The notes under the pieces were generated by a model that saw nothing but the letters and a program-made list of their open reading frames with translations, had not been told where the DNA came from and searched no databases. Below, one piece after another: positions 33,843 to 45,410 of a stretch of 64,000 bases of DNA. The translations under genes were made by a program, and so were the position numbers. How positions within the stretch are numbered: position 1 is the first letter of the stretch; each line of letters opens with the position of its first letter. Origin of the DNA: Deinococcus sp. (GTDB lineage: Bacteria > Deinococcota > Deinococci > Deinococcales > Deinococcaceae); assembly GCA_965261005.1 (NCBI GenBank), contig OZ253375.1, positions 608,001-672,000 on the forward strand, written 5' to 3'.

Positions 33843-35267
33843 TCACAGCCCCTCGCAGGCCAGTTCAACCGCCCGCATCGCCGCCGCCGCTTTATTCAGG
33901 CTTTCCTGGTACTCCTCGGCCGGGTCGCTGTCGGCGACCACGCCGCCGCCGGCCTGGATGTGAACCTGGCCGTCCGCGATCACCATCGTTCTGAGGGTCA
34001 GGGCCATGTCGAGGGCGCCGCTGGGGCTGATGTAGCCAAAGGCGCCGCCGTAGGGGCCACGCCGGGTCGGCTCGACCTCCTCGATGATCTCCATCGCGCG
34101 AATCTTGGGGGCGCCCGAGACGGTGCCCATCGGCAGGACGCTGGCGAGGGCGTGCAGCGGCGTCTTGCCCTTCGCCAACTTGGCGCGCACGCCGGAAACC
34201 AGGTGCATCACGTGGCTGTACTTCTCGACAGAAAAGGCGTCCTCGACCCTAACCGAGCCGTACTCGGCCACCCGGCCGAGGTCGTTGCGCCCCAAATCCA
34301 CCAGCATCAGGTGTTCGGCGCGCTCCTTTTCGTCGGCCTGAAGTTCGAGGGCCAGCGCCTCGTCCTCCTGCGGCGTGGCCCCGCGCTTGCGTGTTCCGGC
34401 GATGGGGCGCGTGACGATGCTGTGGCCGTCACTCTTGAGCAAACTCTCGGGGCTGCTGGCGACCAGGGTCACGTCGCCGAAGTCGAGGTAGCCGAGGTAG
34501 GGGCTGGGGTTCAGCGAGCGCAGCGCCCGGTACAGCGCGAAGGGGTGTGCGGTCAGCCTCGCCGAAAAGCGCTGGCTGGGCACCACCTGGAAGATGTCGC
34601 CGGCGCGGATGTACGACAGGCAGGTTTCCACCGCCGCCATGAACTCCTCGCGCGTGAAGTTGCTGCTGAACTCGGGCTTTCTCGCGGGGCGGTCCCCCGG
34701 CACCCCCGGCAGCGGGCCGCGCAGTTGCCGCTCCAAAGTGACGGCGGTGCGCTCGGCGCGCTCAGGGTCGTCGTCCACCGCCACGGCGAACAGGCGGTGC
34801 TTGAGGTGGTCGAAGATGACCATGCCCTCCGGCGCCACGAAGAGGGCGTCGGGCAGGTTCAGCTCGTCGGGATTCTCTGCGGGCAACTTCTCGTAGGCGC
34901 GGATCAGGTCGTAGGCGGTGTAGCCGACCGCGCCGCCCACGAAGGTGGGTAAGCCGGCGGGCACGTCCAGGGGGCGCACCACCCGGTCGAACAGCAGCGA
35001 GAGGGGATCGCGCGTTTCTTGCTCACCCTTCCCGAACACACCGCTAAGCCTCGCGCGCCCGTCGCGGTACTCGAAGCGTCCGCGCTCCCCCACGCCAATA
35101 AAGGAGTAGCGGCCCAGCTTCTCGCCCGCCTCCACGCTTTCCAGCAAAAAGCTCGGGCCGCGCGCCACCTTCAGGTAGGCCGTCACGGGGGTATCGAGGT
35201 CGGCCGAAAGTTCGCGCACGCGAACGGCGGGGACAGCCTGGCTTAAGGTGGATTGGCTCAGCGTCAT
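33843..35267 (-). CDS. trpE: Anthranilate synthase component I
   Basis: [30 protein letters not shown] and GTVSGAPK motifs; SD GGAGG before ATG 35267. Confidence 0.96.
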   Translation of the reverse strand: MTLSQSTLSQAVPAVRVRELSADLDTPVTAYLKVARGPSFLLESVEAGEKLGRYSFIGVGERGRFEYRDGRARLSGVFGKGEQETRDPLSLLFDRVVRPLDVPAGLPTFVGGAVGYTAYDLIRAYEKLPAENPDELNLPDALFVAPEGMVIFDHLKHRLFAVAVDDDPERAERTAVTLERQLRGPLPGVPGDRPARKPEFSSNFTREEFMAAVETCLSYIRAGDIFQVVPSQRFSARLTAHPFALYRALRSLNPSPYLGYLDFGDVTLVASSPESLLKSDGHSIVTRPIAGTRKRGATPQEDEALALELQADEKERAEHLMLVDLGRNDLGRVAEYGSVRVEDAFSVEKYSHVMHLVSGVRAKLAKGKTPLHALASVLPMGTVSGAPKIRAMEIIEEVEPTRRGPYGGAFGYISPSGALDMALTLRTMVIADGQVHIQAGGGVVADSDPAEEYQESLNKAAAAMRAVELACEGL

Positions 35268-35277
35268 AGAAACCTCC

Positions 35278-35309
35278 AAAGAAAACGCCCAGGCGTGGAG
35301 CCTGGGCGT
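35278..35309 (-). terminator. trp attenuator terminator (3:4 hairpin)
   Basis: ACGCCCAGGC-TCCAC-GCCTGGGCGT followed by TTTCTTT. Confidence 0.88.
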
Positions 35310-35325
35310 GACAATACGGCGCGGG

Positions 35326-35370
35326 TCACCCAGGCGAACTGGGCCACCACCACGCGCGGATGCGGAACAT
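35326..35370 (-). CDS. trpL: trp operon leader peptide MFRIRAWWWPSSPG
   Basis: Three tandem TGG codons; TATTCT -10 box 6 nt before ATG; overlapping alternative hairpins downstream. Confidence 0.9.
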   Translation of the reverse strand: MFRIRAWWWPSSPG

Positions 35371-35477
35371 AAAGATAGAATACGGTGAGCGAAGGGCGTT
35401 TGGCGGCGAAGTTGTCTAGGGGAGCAGGAGGCGAAAGCCACAAGCCACGCAAGGCCGAAACCCGCTACCCTAAACCC

Positions 35478-35930
35478 ATGAAGCGCTGCGCCGTCTGCCT
35501 GCCCGTCCGCGAAGATCAAGTTTTGCTGGGCTATAAGAAGCGCGGCTTCGGGCAAGGAAAAATTGTCGAGATCGGCGGCAAGCTGGAGGCGGGCGAGACG
35601 CCGGAGGGGGCCGCGCGGCGTGAGTTGCAGGAGGAGTGCGGCCTGAGCGTCACGCAGATAGAGGCGCTGGGCGAGGTCGTGTTTCAGTTCGCCGGCAAGC
35701 CCGAGTGGGACATGCATGTCTGGGTCTTCCTGGGCCGGGCGTGGCAAGGTGAGCCGGTCGAGACGGACGAGATCGCGCCGGCGTGGTTCCCGGCGGGCGC
35801 CCTCCCCTACCCCCGCATGTGGCAGGACGCGCCGCACTGGCTGCCGCAGGTGTTGGCGGGCCAGCCGGTCGCGCTGCACTTCTTCTTTGGTGAGGACGGC
35901 GAGACGTTGCAAAGCGTGCGGGCGCTGTAG
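35478..35930 (+). CDS. NUDIX hydrolase, MutT/8-oxo-dGTPase-like
   Basis: LLGYKKRGFGQG, Nudix box GGKLEAGETPEGAARRELQEECG and MWQD..WLP. Confidence 0.88.
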   Translation: MKRCAVCLPVREDQVLLGYKKRGFGQGKIVEIGGKLEAGETPEGAARRELQEECGLSVTQIEALGEVVFQFAGKPEWDMHVWVFLGRAWQGEPVETDEIAPAWFPAGALPYPRMWQDAPHWLPQVLAGQPVALHFFFGEDGETLQSVRAL

Positions 35931-35933
35931 CTC

Positions 35934-36096
35934 TTTAAGTATCTCCCGGCTAACGTTCCGTGCCTACGCAAAAAACGCTCCGTCACTCCCAACGGGTCGC
36001 GCGAAGCGTCGCCCCTCGACCACTCCCGCCAGGACGTACTTTTTTTCCTACTCGCTCTGCTCGGACAATCTAAAGATCATCAGGGAGATCCTTAAA
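35934..36096. mobile_element. MITE/SNR-like element with 14-bp terminal inverted repeats
   Basis: TTTAAGTATCTCCC ... GGGAGATCCTTAAA (1 mismatch); core CTACTCGCTCTGCTCGG resembles the core of 31250-31388. Confidence 0.7.
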
Positions 36097-36520
36097 TCGC
36101 TTCCCGCTCCCAGTCGCGCTCCAGCGCCAAGGAGAGGTCGTCGGTGAGGGTCGCTTGGTAACCGGCCCACTCGGTCCACAGCTCGCGCAAACGTTGGGCG
36201 GCCAGCACCAAGGCGACCTCCAGCTCGGGAGCGGGCGCGCGGCTGGCCCACGCGACGGTCAGGTCCACCTTGGCCCACAGGTAGCGGCTGGCGTGGGAGT
36301 AGACGCCGTCGTAGACGTACTCCACGTTCGACCAGTCGCAGGCGCCGAAGCGTGCCCAGATCAAGTCGGAGACCGGGCCATGTGAGCGGGCACAGCGTCC
36401 GGCCGCGTGGGACAGACCGCGCTCGCGGCAGCAGCGCTCGGCCAGCAGCTCGATGTCGCGGTCCACCGTCTCGCGAAAGCTGATCTCAATGGCGCGCCGC
36501 GCCCGGTGCTTCTCGTTCAT
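36092..36520 (-). CDS. Hypothetical protein
   Basis: 142-aa ORF; TAGACT -10 box 6 nt before ATG. Confidence 0.7.
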   Translation of the reverse strand: MNEKHRARRAIEISFRETVDRDIELLAERCCRERGLSHAAGRCARSHGPVSDLIWARFGACDWSNVEYVYDGVYSHASRYLWAKVDLTVAWASRAPAPELEVALVLAAQRLRELWTEWAGYQATLTDDLSLALERDWEREAI

Positions 36521-36621
36521 AGAACCAGTCTAGGAAGCGGCGCCTGTCACGATTCTTACGCGGTGAAGCAGGTCCTCATCTCTCCAGACCCATGCCCTGA
36601 CCAATGCTCTAGATTGCCCGC

Positions 36622-37698
36622 GTGAGCCAACTCTTTTCCCCCCTCAAGCTGCGCGGCCTGACCCTGAAAAACCGCGTGGTCGTGTCGCCGATGTGCATGT
36701 ACAGCAGCGAACACGGCCTCGCCAACGACTTTCACCTGGTCCACCTGGGCAGCTTCGCCCTTGGCGGGGCGGGCCTGATCCTCAGCGAGGCGACCGCCGT
36801 CAGTCCGGAGGGGCGCATCTCGCCGCAGGACTTGGGGTTGTGGGAGGACGCGCAGATTCGGCCGCTGGCGCGGGTGTGCGACTTCGTCCACGGCGCGGGC
36901 GCCCTGATCGGGGTGCAGCTGGCACACGCGGGGCGCAAGGCCAGCATGCGCGCGCCGTTTCGGGGACGCGGCCAGGTGCCGGACCCTGTGCCTGACATCG
37001 AGGGCGGCTGGACGCCGCTGGCGCCCAGCCCGGAGCGCTACTCGGAAATGTACCGCGCGCCCAGTGAGCTGAGCGGGGACGACATCGCGCGGGTGGTGGC
37101 CGACTTCGCCGCGGGCGCCCAGCGCGCCCTGCTGGCCGGCTTCGACGTGATCGAGCTGCACGCCGCCCACGGCTACCTGCTGCACGAGTTTCTATCGCCG
37201 CTGTCCAACCTGCGCGCGGACGGGTACGGCGGCAGTTTCGAGAACCGGGCGCGCCTCGTGCTGGAGGTGACGCGGGCGGTGCGGCGCGCTTGGCCCGAAC
37301 ACCTGCCGCTGTTCGTGCGCTTGTCGGCGACCGACTGGACGCCGGGGGGCTGGACGCCGGACGACACGGTCGCCCTCAGCCAGCTGCTTTCTCATGAGGG
37401 CGCCGACGTGATTGACGTGTCCTCGGGTGGCCTCAGCCCCGAGCAGCAGGTCGAGGTTGTCCCCGGCTACCAAGTGCCCTTCGCGGCCCGGGTGCGCGCG
37501 GAGGCGAAGGTCAAGACCGTGGCCGTCGGCCTGATCACGGGGGCGCAGCAGGCCGAGGCCATCTTGCAGCAGGGCGCGGCCGACCTGGTCGCCGTGGCCC
37601 GCCAAGCGCTGCGCGACCCGCACTGGCCGCTGCGCGCCGCCTTTGAGCTGGGCGAGGATGTGAGCTGGCCCCCGCAATACGAGCGCGCCAAGCCGTGA
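36622..37698 (+). CDS. NADH:flavin oxidoreductase (old yellow enzyme, NamA/YqjM-like)
   Basis: SPMCMYS, QLAHAGRKAS, HAAHGYLLHEFLSPLSN and WPPQYER motifs. Confidence 0.93.
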   Translation: MSQLFSPLKLRGLTLKNRVVVSPMCMYSSEHGLANDFHLVHLGSFALGGAGLILSEATAVSPEGRISPQDLGLWEDAQIRPLARVCDFVHGAGALIGVQLAHAGRKASMRAPFRGRGQVPDPVPDIEGGWTPLAPSPERYSEMYRAPSELSGDDIARVVADFAAGAQRALLAGFDVIELHAAHGYLLHEFLSPLSNLRADGYGGSFENRARLVLEVTRAVRRAWPEHLPLFVRLSATDWTPGGWTPDDTVALSQLLSHEGADVIDVSSGGLSPEQQVEVVPGYQVPFAARVRAEAKVKTVAVGLITGAQQAEAILQQGAADLVAVARQALRDPHWPLRAAFELGEDVSWPPQYERAKP

Positions 37699-37707
37699 AC
37701 AAAGGCG

Positions 37708-37744
37708 AAGGGCGGCGGCAAGCCTTCAACTTGTCGCCGCCCTT
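37708..37744. terminator. Hairpin between convergent genes
   Basis: AAGGGCGGCGGCAAG-CCTTCAA-CTTGTCGCCGCCCTT. Confidence 0.6.
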
Positions 37745-37755
37745 GTTGTATTTGC

Positions 37756-37959
37756 TCAGTCGGCTGCCTGCAACTGGGGAGCCAATTCTCCCGCTTGGCC
37801 CGGCGCCGGCAGGATGCCCTCCAACTCGGGCGACCAGGTCAGCGGCACCTCCCAACGCTCACCGCGCGACACCCGCAGGGCCACCGCCGAAATCGGGACG
37901 AGCAGGGCCAAGGCGACGGCGGCGGCGTCGAGCGTGAGGAAGAGCAGGGCGGAGTTCAT
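37756..37959 (-). CDS. Small hypothetical membrane protein
   Basis: 67 aa with an N-terminal hydrophobic helix. Confidence 0.5.
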   Translation of the reverse strand: MNSALLFLTLDAAAVALALLVPISAVALRVSRGERWEVPLTWSPELEGILPAPGQAGELAPQLQAAD

Positions 37960-38178
37960 GGAAACAGTGTGAAAGGCGAGGCCTTACAAAACTATCACAA
38001 GGCGGCATAAAGATTTCCTGAAGATTACTCATCTCGCTTTCAAGAACTGACGAAAGGTGAGAAGTGAAGACCTGATAGGCCGCGTTCTAACCCTACAAAC
38101 GTTAGAATGGGTGAACACGCTGGGTAATGGGGCGCAACTTTTTACGCCCTGGTCTCGTAACCAAATTCGGAGGAACCT

Positions 38179-38859
38179 ATGACCATTCTCGACCGCTTAT
38201 CCCGCTTGATCCGCGCCAACGTCAACGACCTGATCTCTAAGGCTGAGGATCCCGACAAGATCATTGAGCAGTCGCTGCGCGACATGCGCGACGCCTACGC
38301 CCAGGCCCGCGCCGAGGTCGCCGACGCGATGGCCCAGAACGCCAAGCTGGAGCGCGAGATGCAGAGCAACGGGCGCCTGGCGCAGGACTACGCCGGCAAG
38401 GCGCAGGAGGCCCTCAAGCTCGGCAACGAGGATCTCGCCCGCGAAGCGTTGCGCCGCAAAAAGAACCACGAGGACCTGGCCGCCGGCTTTCAAGATCAGC
38501 TGTCGCGCCAAAGCGCGACGGTGGACCAGCTCAAGACCCAGCTGCGCGCCCTCGAAGCCAAAATTGACGAGTTCGAGTCCAAGAAGGAACTCCTCCAGGC
38601 GCGCTCCAAGACCGCCAGCGCCTCGCAGACGCTGGAGCGCATGAGCGGCTTCGACAAGAGCGGCGGCGCCATGAGCGCCTTTGAGGACATGGAGCGCAAG
38701 GTGGCCCAACAAGAGGACCGCGCGGCGGCCATGGGCCAACTGCGCCAGGAAGGCGACCTCGACGCGCAGCTGAAGAACCTCGGCCGCGACGGCGAAATTG
38801 ACGCCGAGTTGGAGGCCATGAAGCGACAGATGGGCATGGGGGACGCCAAGCAGGGCTGA
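38179..38859 (+). CDS. pspA: PspA/IM30 family protein
   Basis: ILDRLSRLIRANVN..KAEDP.KIIEQ, EDLAREAL and coiled-coil; SD GGAGG. Confidence 0.92.
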   Translation: MTILDRLSRLIRANVNDLISKAEDPDKIIEQSLRDMRDAYAQARAEVADAMAQNAKLEREMQSNGRLAQDYAGKAQEALKLGNEDLAREALRRKKNHEDLAAGFQDQLSRQSATVDQLKTQLRALEAKIDEFESKKELLQARSKTASASQTLERMSGFDKSGGAMSAFEDMERKVAQQEDRAAAMGQLRQEGDLDAQLKNLGRDGEIDAELEAMKRQMGMGDAKQG

Positions 38860-38872
38860 AACTTTTGACCTG

Positions 38873-38901
38873 AAGGGGCGGGCCGCTGGCCCGCCCCTTT
38901 T
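38873..38901 (+). terminator. Rho-independent terminator after pspA
   Basis: AAGGGGCGGGCC-GCT-GGCCCGCCCCTTTT. Confidence 0.75.
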
Positions 38902-39019
38902 CGCTCCCCGCTAGACTTGGGGAATGAAGACCGCGTTCAGCGTTTCCCAGAGCAAGCCCCAAGGCAATCCCATGCAACTTGACAGTCGCGCCCACCCGCC
39001 CTTCTTTATGCTGGGCGGT

Positions 39020-39712
39020 GTGAGCTTTTCGAGGTGGCCGCATGTTCGACCGGCGTTCGTTTTGACCGCCGGGCTAACCGCGCTGCTGCTCGGGTCCTGC
39101 GCGCCGAGAACGGCGGATCCCGGCAAGGCGCAGGCGGCCACCAGCGTGAACGCGGTGACCTTTTATCCGGCCCAGGCCGGCCTGAGCTGGACCTACGTGC
39201 CCGAGGGCGAGGCTCTCAACTCGGCGCCCTACACGCTGGCGGTGCTGGGGCCGACCCTGTTCGGCGACCAAGCGGCGGTCGCCTACCGCTTCAGCGGGCG
39301 CGGCGCGGACCAGACCTCGTTTCGGCAGGTGGGGGACGGGGGGTCGCTGCTGCTGGGCTTCACCAAGCCGGGCCTGACGGTGTCGCTGACGCCGCCGTGG
39401 CGCGAATACCCGGCGGCGAACGCGTGGCGGGTGGGCCTCAATTGGTCGGGCGAGTCGCAGGTGAGCGTGCTCTCCGACGGCAAGGTCGTGCAGGAAGGTC
39501 AGGCCCAGTACCGCTACACCGTGCTGGAAAAGCGGCGCGTCAGCGTGGGCGCCAGCGCGCGCGACGTCTGGGTGGTCAACCGCCAAATCAGCGACAACGT
39601 GGGCGGGCTGTTTCCCTCGGCGTCGCAGAACTTGTGGTACGAGCCGTTCGGCTGGGAAATTCGCACGCCCGAGGGCCTCTTGCAGGTGGGCCGCAACTAC
39701 CGCGCCAACTGA
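39020..39712 (+). CDS. Hypothetical lipoprotein
   Basis: Lipobox LLGSC; TATGCT -10 box 7 nt before GTG 39020; start uncertain. Confidence 0.7.
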   Translation: MSFSRWPHVRPAFVLTAGLTALLLGSCAPRTADPGKAQAATSVNAVTFYPAQAGLSWTYVPEGEALNSAPYTLAVLGPTLFGDQAAVAYRFSGRGADQTSFRQVGDGGSLLLGFTKPGLTVSLTPPWREYPAANAWRVGLNWSGESQVSVLSDGKVVQEGQAQYRYTVLEKRRVSVGASARDVWVVNRQISDNVGGLFPSASQNLWYEPFGWEIRTPEGLLQVGRNYRAN

Positions 39713-39731
39713 AGCTTTTAGGAGGGGACGT

Positions 39732-41588
<1,857 letters not shown>

Positions 41589-41697
41589 GCGGCGCCCAAA
41601 GCGCCAAGCCAAGTCCAGCTTTCTCACAAGGTCCCTTCATCTGGGCACGCGGAAACTTTCCCGCTCATCGGCTTTTATAAAGGACAGGAGGACGCTT

Positions 41698-41898
41698 ATG
41701 AAATTTTCAACCCTGCTGTACACCTTGGGATTCGCCTCAATCACGATGTCGGCCATCAACTTTGTGAGCGGCAAGACGGATTCCGGCGACGATGGTGAGC
41801 GCAACGGCCTGTTCATCGGCCAGTGGGCGCCCACCTTCTTCATCCTTGCCAAGGTCGTGGAGGACCGCGAGCACCGCAACGACCTCAAGCTCGACTGA
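41698..41898 (+). CDS. Small hypothetical membrane protein
   Basis: SD AGGAGG; 66 aa MKFSTLLY...ERNGLFIGQWAPTFFIL. Confidence 0.7.
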   Translation: MKFSTLLYTLGFASITMSAINFVSGKTDSGDDGERNGLFIGQWAPTFFILAKVVEDREHRNDLKLD

Positions 41899-42012
41899 AA
41901 ACCGCTCGTAGGACGGGCCGGATACCTTACGGTGTCCGGCCTTATTTCTAGGTTCAAATCTTATGGCCCTGAATATACGTCCCCAAAACACTTTGACGCT
42001 AAGATGCCTGCC

Positions 42013-44541
42013 ATGAACATTCTCGGCAAAGTCACCGTGCTGCCCAAGTTGCCCGCCGCGTTGCGGCGTTTGGAGGAACTGGCTTACAACCTGTATTGGA
42101 GTTGGACGCCGCAGGCGCGTGATTTGTACCGCGACCTGAGCCAGGCGTTGTGGGAACGCCACGGCCACAACCCGGTGCGGGTGCTCTTGGAGGTGCCGCA
42201 ATCGCGCTTGGAGGAAGCCGCCGCCGATTCGCAGTACCTGGCCCGCTTGGAGCGCGCGCTGAGCGACTTCGACGCCTACATGAAGCCGGAGACGACCTGG
42301 GCCGAGAACAACGCGCCGGAATTGGACGAGGTGGCCTACTTCAGCATGGAGTACGGCTTCGCCGAGTGCTTGCCGATCTACTCGGGGGGCCTGGGCGTGC
42401 TGGCGGGGGACCACTGCAAGAGCGCCTCGGACCTCGGCCTGCCGTTCCGGGCGGTCGGGCTGCTGTTTCACCAAGGCTACTTTCGGCAACTCATCAACAA
42501 GGAGGGCTGGCAAGAGGAGGCCTACGACGCGCTGGACCTCACCACCTTGCCCCTCAGACCGGCGCGCACGCCGCAGGGGGAGGAGGCGCGGCTCAGCCTG
42601 GATATAGCGGGGCGGGACGTCCACCTGCGGGTGTGGCAGCTGAACGTCGGGCGCATTGCGGTGTACCTGCTCGACGCCAATGTGCCGGAAAACAGCCCGG
42701 AGGACCGCGCCCTGACCGCCCGGCTGTACGGCGGCAACCAGGAACTGCGCATTCAGCAGGAATTGATTCTGGGCGTGGGCGGGTTGCGCGCGCTGCGCGT
42801 GCTGGGCCAACAGCCGCAGGTCTACCACATGAACGAGGGCCACGCCGCCTTTTTGGGCTTGGAGCGCATGCGGGAGCTGGTGGCGGGGGGGCTGTCCTTC
42901 GAGGCCGCCCTGGAGGCGGTCGCCGCCGGCACCCTCTTCACCACCCACACGCCGGTGCCGGCCGGCAACGACGCCTTTGCGCTCGACTTGGCGGAGAAGT
43001 ACCTGGGCGAGTGGCCGGCCATGCTCGGCACCTCTTGGGAGGCCATGACCGACCTGGCGCGCCACGACCAGCCGTGGGGCCAGACTTTTTCGATGACGGT
43101 GTTGGCGCTCAGGACCTCGCGCGCGGCCAACGGGGTCTCGGAGCTGCACGGTCAGGTCAGCCGCAAGATCTGGGCCTTTTTGTATCCCGGCGCGGCCGAG
43201 AACGAGGTGCCCATCGGCCACGTCACCAACGGCGTGCATACCCTGACCTTTTTGGCGCAAAAGCTGCGCGACCTTTACGGCGGCGTGCTGCCGCCCGGTT
43301 GGACGGGGCGCCTTGAGGAGGGGGCCATGTGGGCCGCCGGCATTCCCGACTTGCCCGACGAGACCTTTGTGGCCGCGCTGCGCGACCTCAAGCTGGAGAT
43401 GATCGCCTTTGTGCGGGAGCGCCTTGGCGCCCAACTGCGCCGCAACGGGGCCAGCGCCGCCGAACTCAAGGCGGCCGGCGGGGTGCTGTCCCCAGAGGCG
43501 CTGACCATTGGCTTCGCGCGCCGCTTCGCGACCTACAAGCGCGCCACGCTGCTGTTTCGCGACCGCGCGCGCCTCGCGCGCCTCGTGAACGATCCCGAGC
43601 GACCGGTGCAGTTCGTGTTCGCCGGCAAGGCCCACCCCGCCGACAACCCGGGCAAAGCCTTTATCCAGGAAATCTACCGCATGTCGCAAGAAAGCGAATT
43701 TCGCGGCAAGATCGTGATGCTGGAGAACTACGACCTCAACGTCGCGCGCCACCTGGTACAGGGCGTGGACGTGTGGCTCAACAACCCGCGCCGCCCCCTG
43801 GAGGCGTCGGGCACCTCGGGCATGAAGGCGAGCCTGAACGGCGCGCTGAACTTTTCCATCCTGGACGGTTGGTGGCGCGAGGCGTATGACGGCGGCAACG
43901 GCTACGCCATCGGCGACGAGCGCGAGTTCGAGAGCCTCGACACCCAGGACGACGCCGACAGCTTCAGCCTCTACGAGACGCTGGAAAACGAGATCGCGCC
44001 GCTGTACTACGCGCGCGACGAGCGCGGCTTCAACCACGGCTGGCTGGAGCGGCTGCGCCGCGCGGTGATCACGGTGGCGCCCACCTTCTCGATGCAGCGT
44101 CAGGTGATCGACTACACGGCCCAGTACTACCTGCCGCTGAGCGCGCGGGCGGGCAAGGTCTGGGCGGGGGATTTCGCCTTGGCGCGCGAATTGGCCGCTT
44201 GGAAACAGAACGTGCGCGCCCAGTGGCCGCAGGCCGGCATCGAGGCCAACGTGAAGCTATCCGGCACCGATTTGCCGGACACCGCCGAGCCGGGCAGCAA
44301 GGTGAAGGTCGAGGCGCGCGTTCACGCCGGCACCCTCACGGCGGGGGATTTGCGCGTGGAGGCCGTGCTGGAGCGTGACGGGCGGCAAGCCCACTTCCCG
44401 CTCACGGCGCAAGGTGACGGCCACTTCGAGGGCGAGGTGCCCCTTCAGGAAAGCGGCCTCTACAGCGTCGGCGCGCGCATGCTGGCCGCCCGCCCCGACT
44501 TGGCGAGCGAGTTGGAGATGGGCCTGATCAAGTGGGCATAG
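42013..44541 (+). CDS. glgP: Alpha-glucan (glycogen/maltodextrin) phosphorylase
   Basis: YFSMEYG, YSGGLGVLAGD, ARRFATYKR and EASGTSGMK (PLP lysine); TAAGAT 7 nt before ATG. Confidence 0.95.
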   Translation: MNILGKVTVLPKLPAALRRLEELAYNLYWSWTPQARDLYRDLSQALWERHGHNPVRVLLEVPQSRLEEAAADSQYLARLERALSDFDAYMKPETTWAENNAPELDEVAYFSMEYGFAECLPIYSGGLGVLAGDHCKSASDLGLPFRAVGLLFHQGYFRQLINKEGWQEEAYDALDLTTLPLRPARTPQGEEARLSLDIAGRDVHLRVWQLNVGRIAVYLLDANVPENSPEDRALTARLYGGNQELRIQQELILGVGGLRALRVLGQQPQVYHMNEGHAAFLGLERMRELVAGGLSFEAALEAVAAGTLFTTHTPVPAGNDAFALDLAEKYLGEWPAMLGTSWEAMTDLARHDQPWGQTFSMTVLALRTSRAANGVSELHGQVSRKIWAFLYPGAAENEVPIGHVTNGVHTLTFLAQKLRDLYGGVLPPGWTGRLEEGAMWAAGIPDLPDETFVAALRDLKLEMIAFVRERLGAQLRRNGASAAELKAAGGVLSPEALTIGFARRFATYKRATLLFRDRARLARLVNDPERPVQFVFAGKAHPADNPGKAFIQEIYRMSQESEFRGKIVMLENYDLNVARHLVQGVDVWLNNPRRPLEASGTSGMKASLNGALNFSILDGWWREAYDGGNGYAIGDEREFESLDTQDDADSFSLYETLENEIAPLYYARDERGFNHGWLERLRRAVITVAPTFSMQRQVIDYTAQYYLPLSARAGKVWAGDFALARELAAWKQNVRAQWPQAGIEANVKLSGTDLPDTAEPGSKVKVEARVHAGTLTAGDLRVEAVLERDGRQAHFPLTAQGDGHFEGEVPLQESGLYSVGARMLAARPDLASELEMGLIKWA

Positions 44542-44545
44542 TGCT

Positions 44546-45406
44546 TTGACGCCCAAAGGTCGGCGTGAACGTGCCGTCCTGCCCCCCATTCCGGCGGTGC
44601 TGCTCTCCATGCTCTCGATTCAGGGCGGGGCGGCGCTGGCGAAGTCGCTGTTCGGCGCGGTGGGCTTTGGGGGCACCTCGGCGCTGCGCATCGGCTTCGC
44701 GGCGCTGATTTTGCTGGCGGTGTGGCGCCCAGGGCTGCGCGCCTACACCCGCGCCCAGCTCGGCACCGCGCTGCTGTTCGGTTTCGCGCTGGGTTTGATG
44801 AACCTCTGCTTTTACGCCGCCATCGCGCGCATTCCGCTCGGCCTGGCCGTCACGCTGGAGTTCGTGGGGCCGCTGGCGGTGGCGGTCCTTTCCTCGAAGC
44901 GTGCGGCCGACTTGCTGTGGGCGCTGCTGGCGGCCGGCGGCATCCTCCTCATCTCGCCGCTCAACCCGGCCAGCACCCTCGATGCCGTGGGCATGGGGCT
45001 GGCGCTGCTGGCCGGCGGCTTTTGGGCCGCCTACATCGTGTTGGGGGGGCGGATGGGCCGGGCGTTCTCGGGCGGCCAGGGCCTCGCGCTCGGCATGTTG
45101 GTGGCCGCCCTGGTCGCCCTGCCCGTCGGCGTCCTTCAGGCCGGCGCGGCGCTGATTGCTCCTAAAGTGCTGCTGCTCGGCCTCGGCGTGGCCGTCCTCT
45201 CCTCCGCCCTGCCCTACTCGCTGGAGATGACCGCCCTGCGCCGCCTACCCGCCCAGACCTTCAGCATCCTGATGAGCTTAGAGCCGGCCGTGGCCGCCAC
45301 GATGGGCTTCATGTTTCTGGGCGAGACGCTGGGCGCGCGGCAGCTGACCGCGATGGCCCTGGTGACCCTTGCGAGCGTCGGGGCCAGCTGGGGAGCGAGG
45401 AAGTGA
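44546..45406 (+). CDS. EamA family exporter, RhtA (threonine/homoserine)-like
   Basis: SIQGGAALAK, RIPLGLAVTLEFVGPL, SSALPYSLE and MSLEPA motifs. Confidence 0.85.
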   Translation: MTPKGRRERAVLPPIPAVLLSMLSIQGGAALAKSLFGAVGFGGTSALRIGFAALILLAVWRPGLRAYTRAQLGTALLFGFALGLMNLCFYAAIARIPLGLAVTLEFVGPLAVAVLSSKRAADLLWALLAAGGILLISPLNPASTLDAVGMGLALLAGGFWAAYIVLGGRMGRAFSGGQGLALGMLVAALVALPVGVLQAGAALIAPKVLLLGLGVAVLSSALPYSLEMTALRRLPAQTFSILMSLEPAVAATMGFMFLGETLGARQLTAMALVTLASVGASWGARK

Positions 45407-45410
45407 GCGC

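Noticed and set aside
33131..33868. Apparent TrpG-TrpD fusion or 586-aa TrpD
   Set aside because: trpG and trpD are in different frames with a GTGA overlap; the upstream part of the long ORF is out-of-frame filler.
35268..35912. 689-aa TrpE with a long N-terminal extension
   Set aside because: The extension runs through the attenuator and antisense to the NUDIX gene; the real start is ATG 35267.
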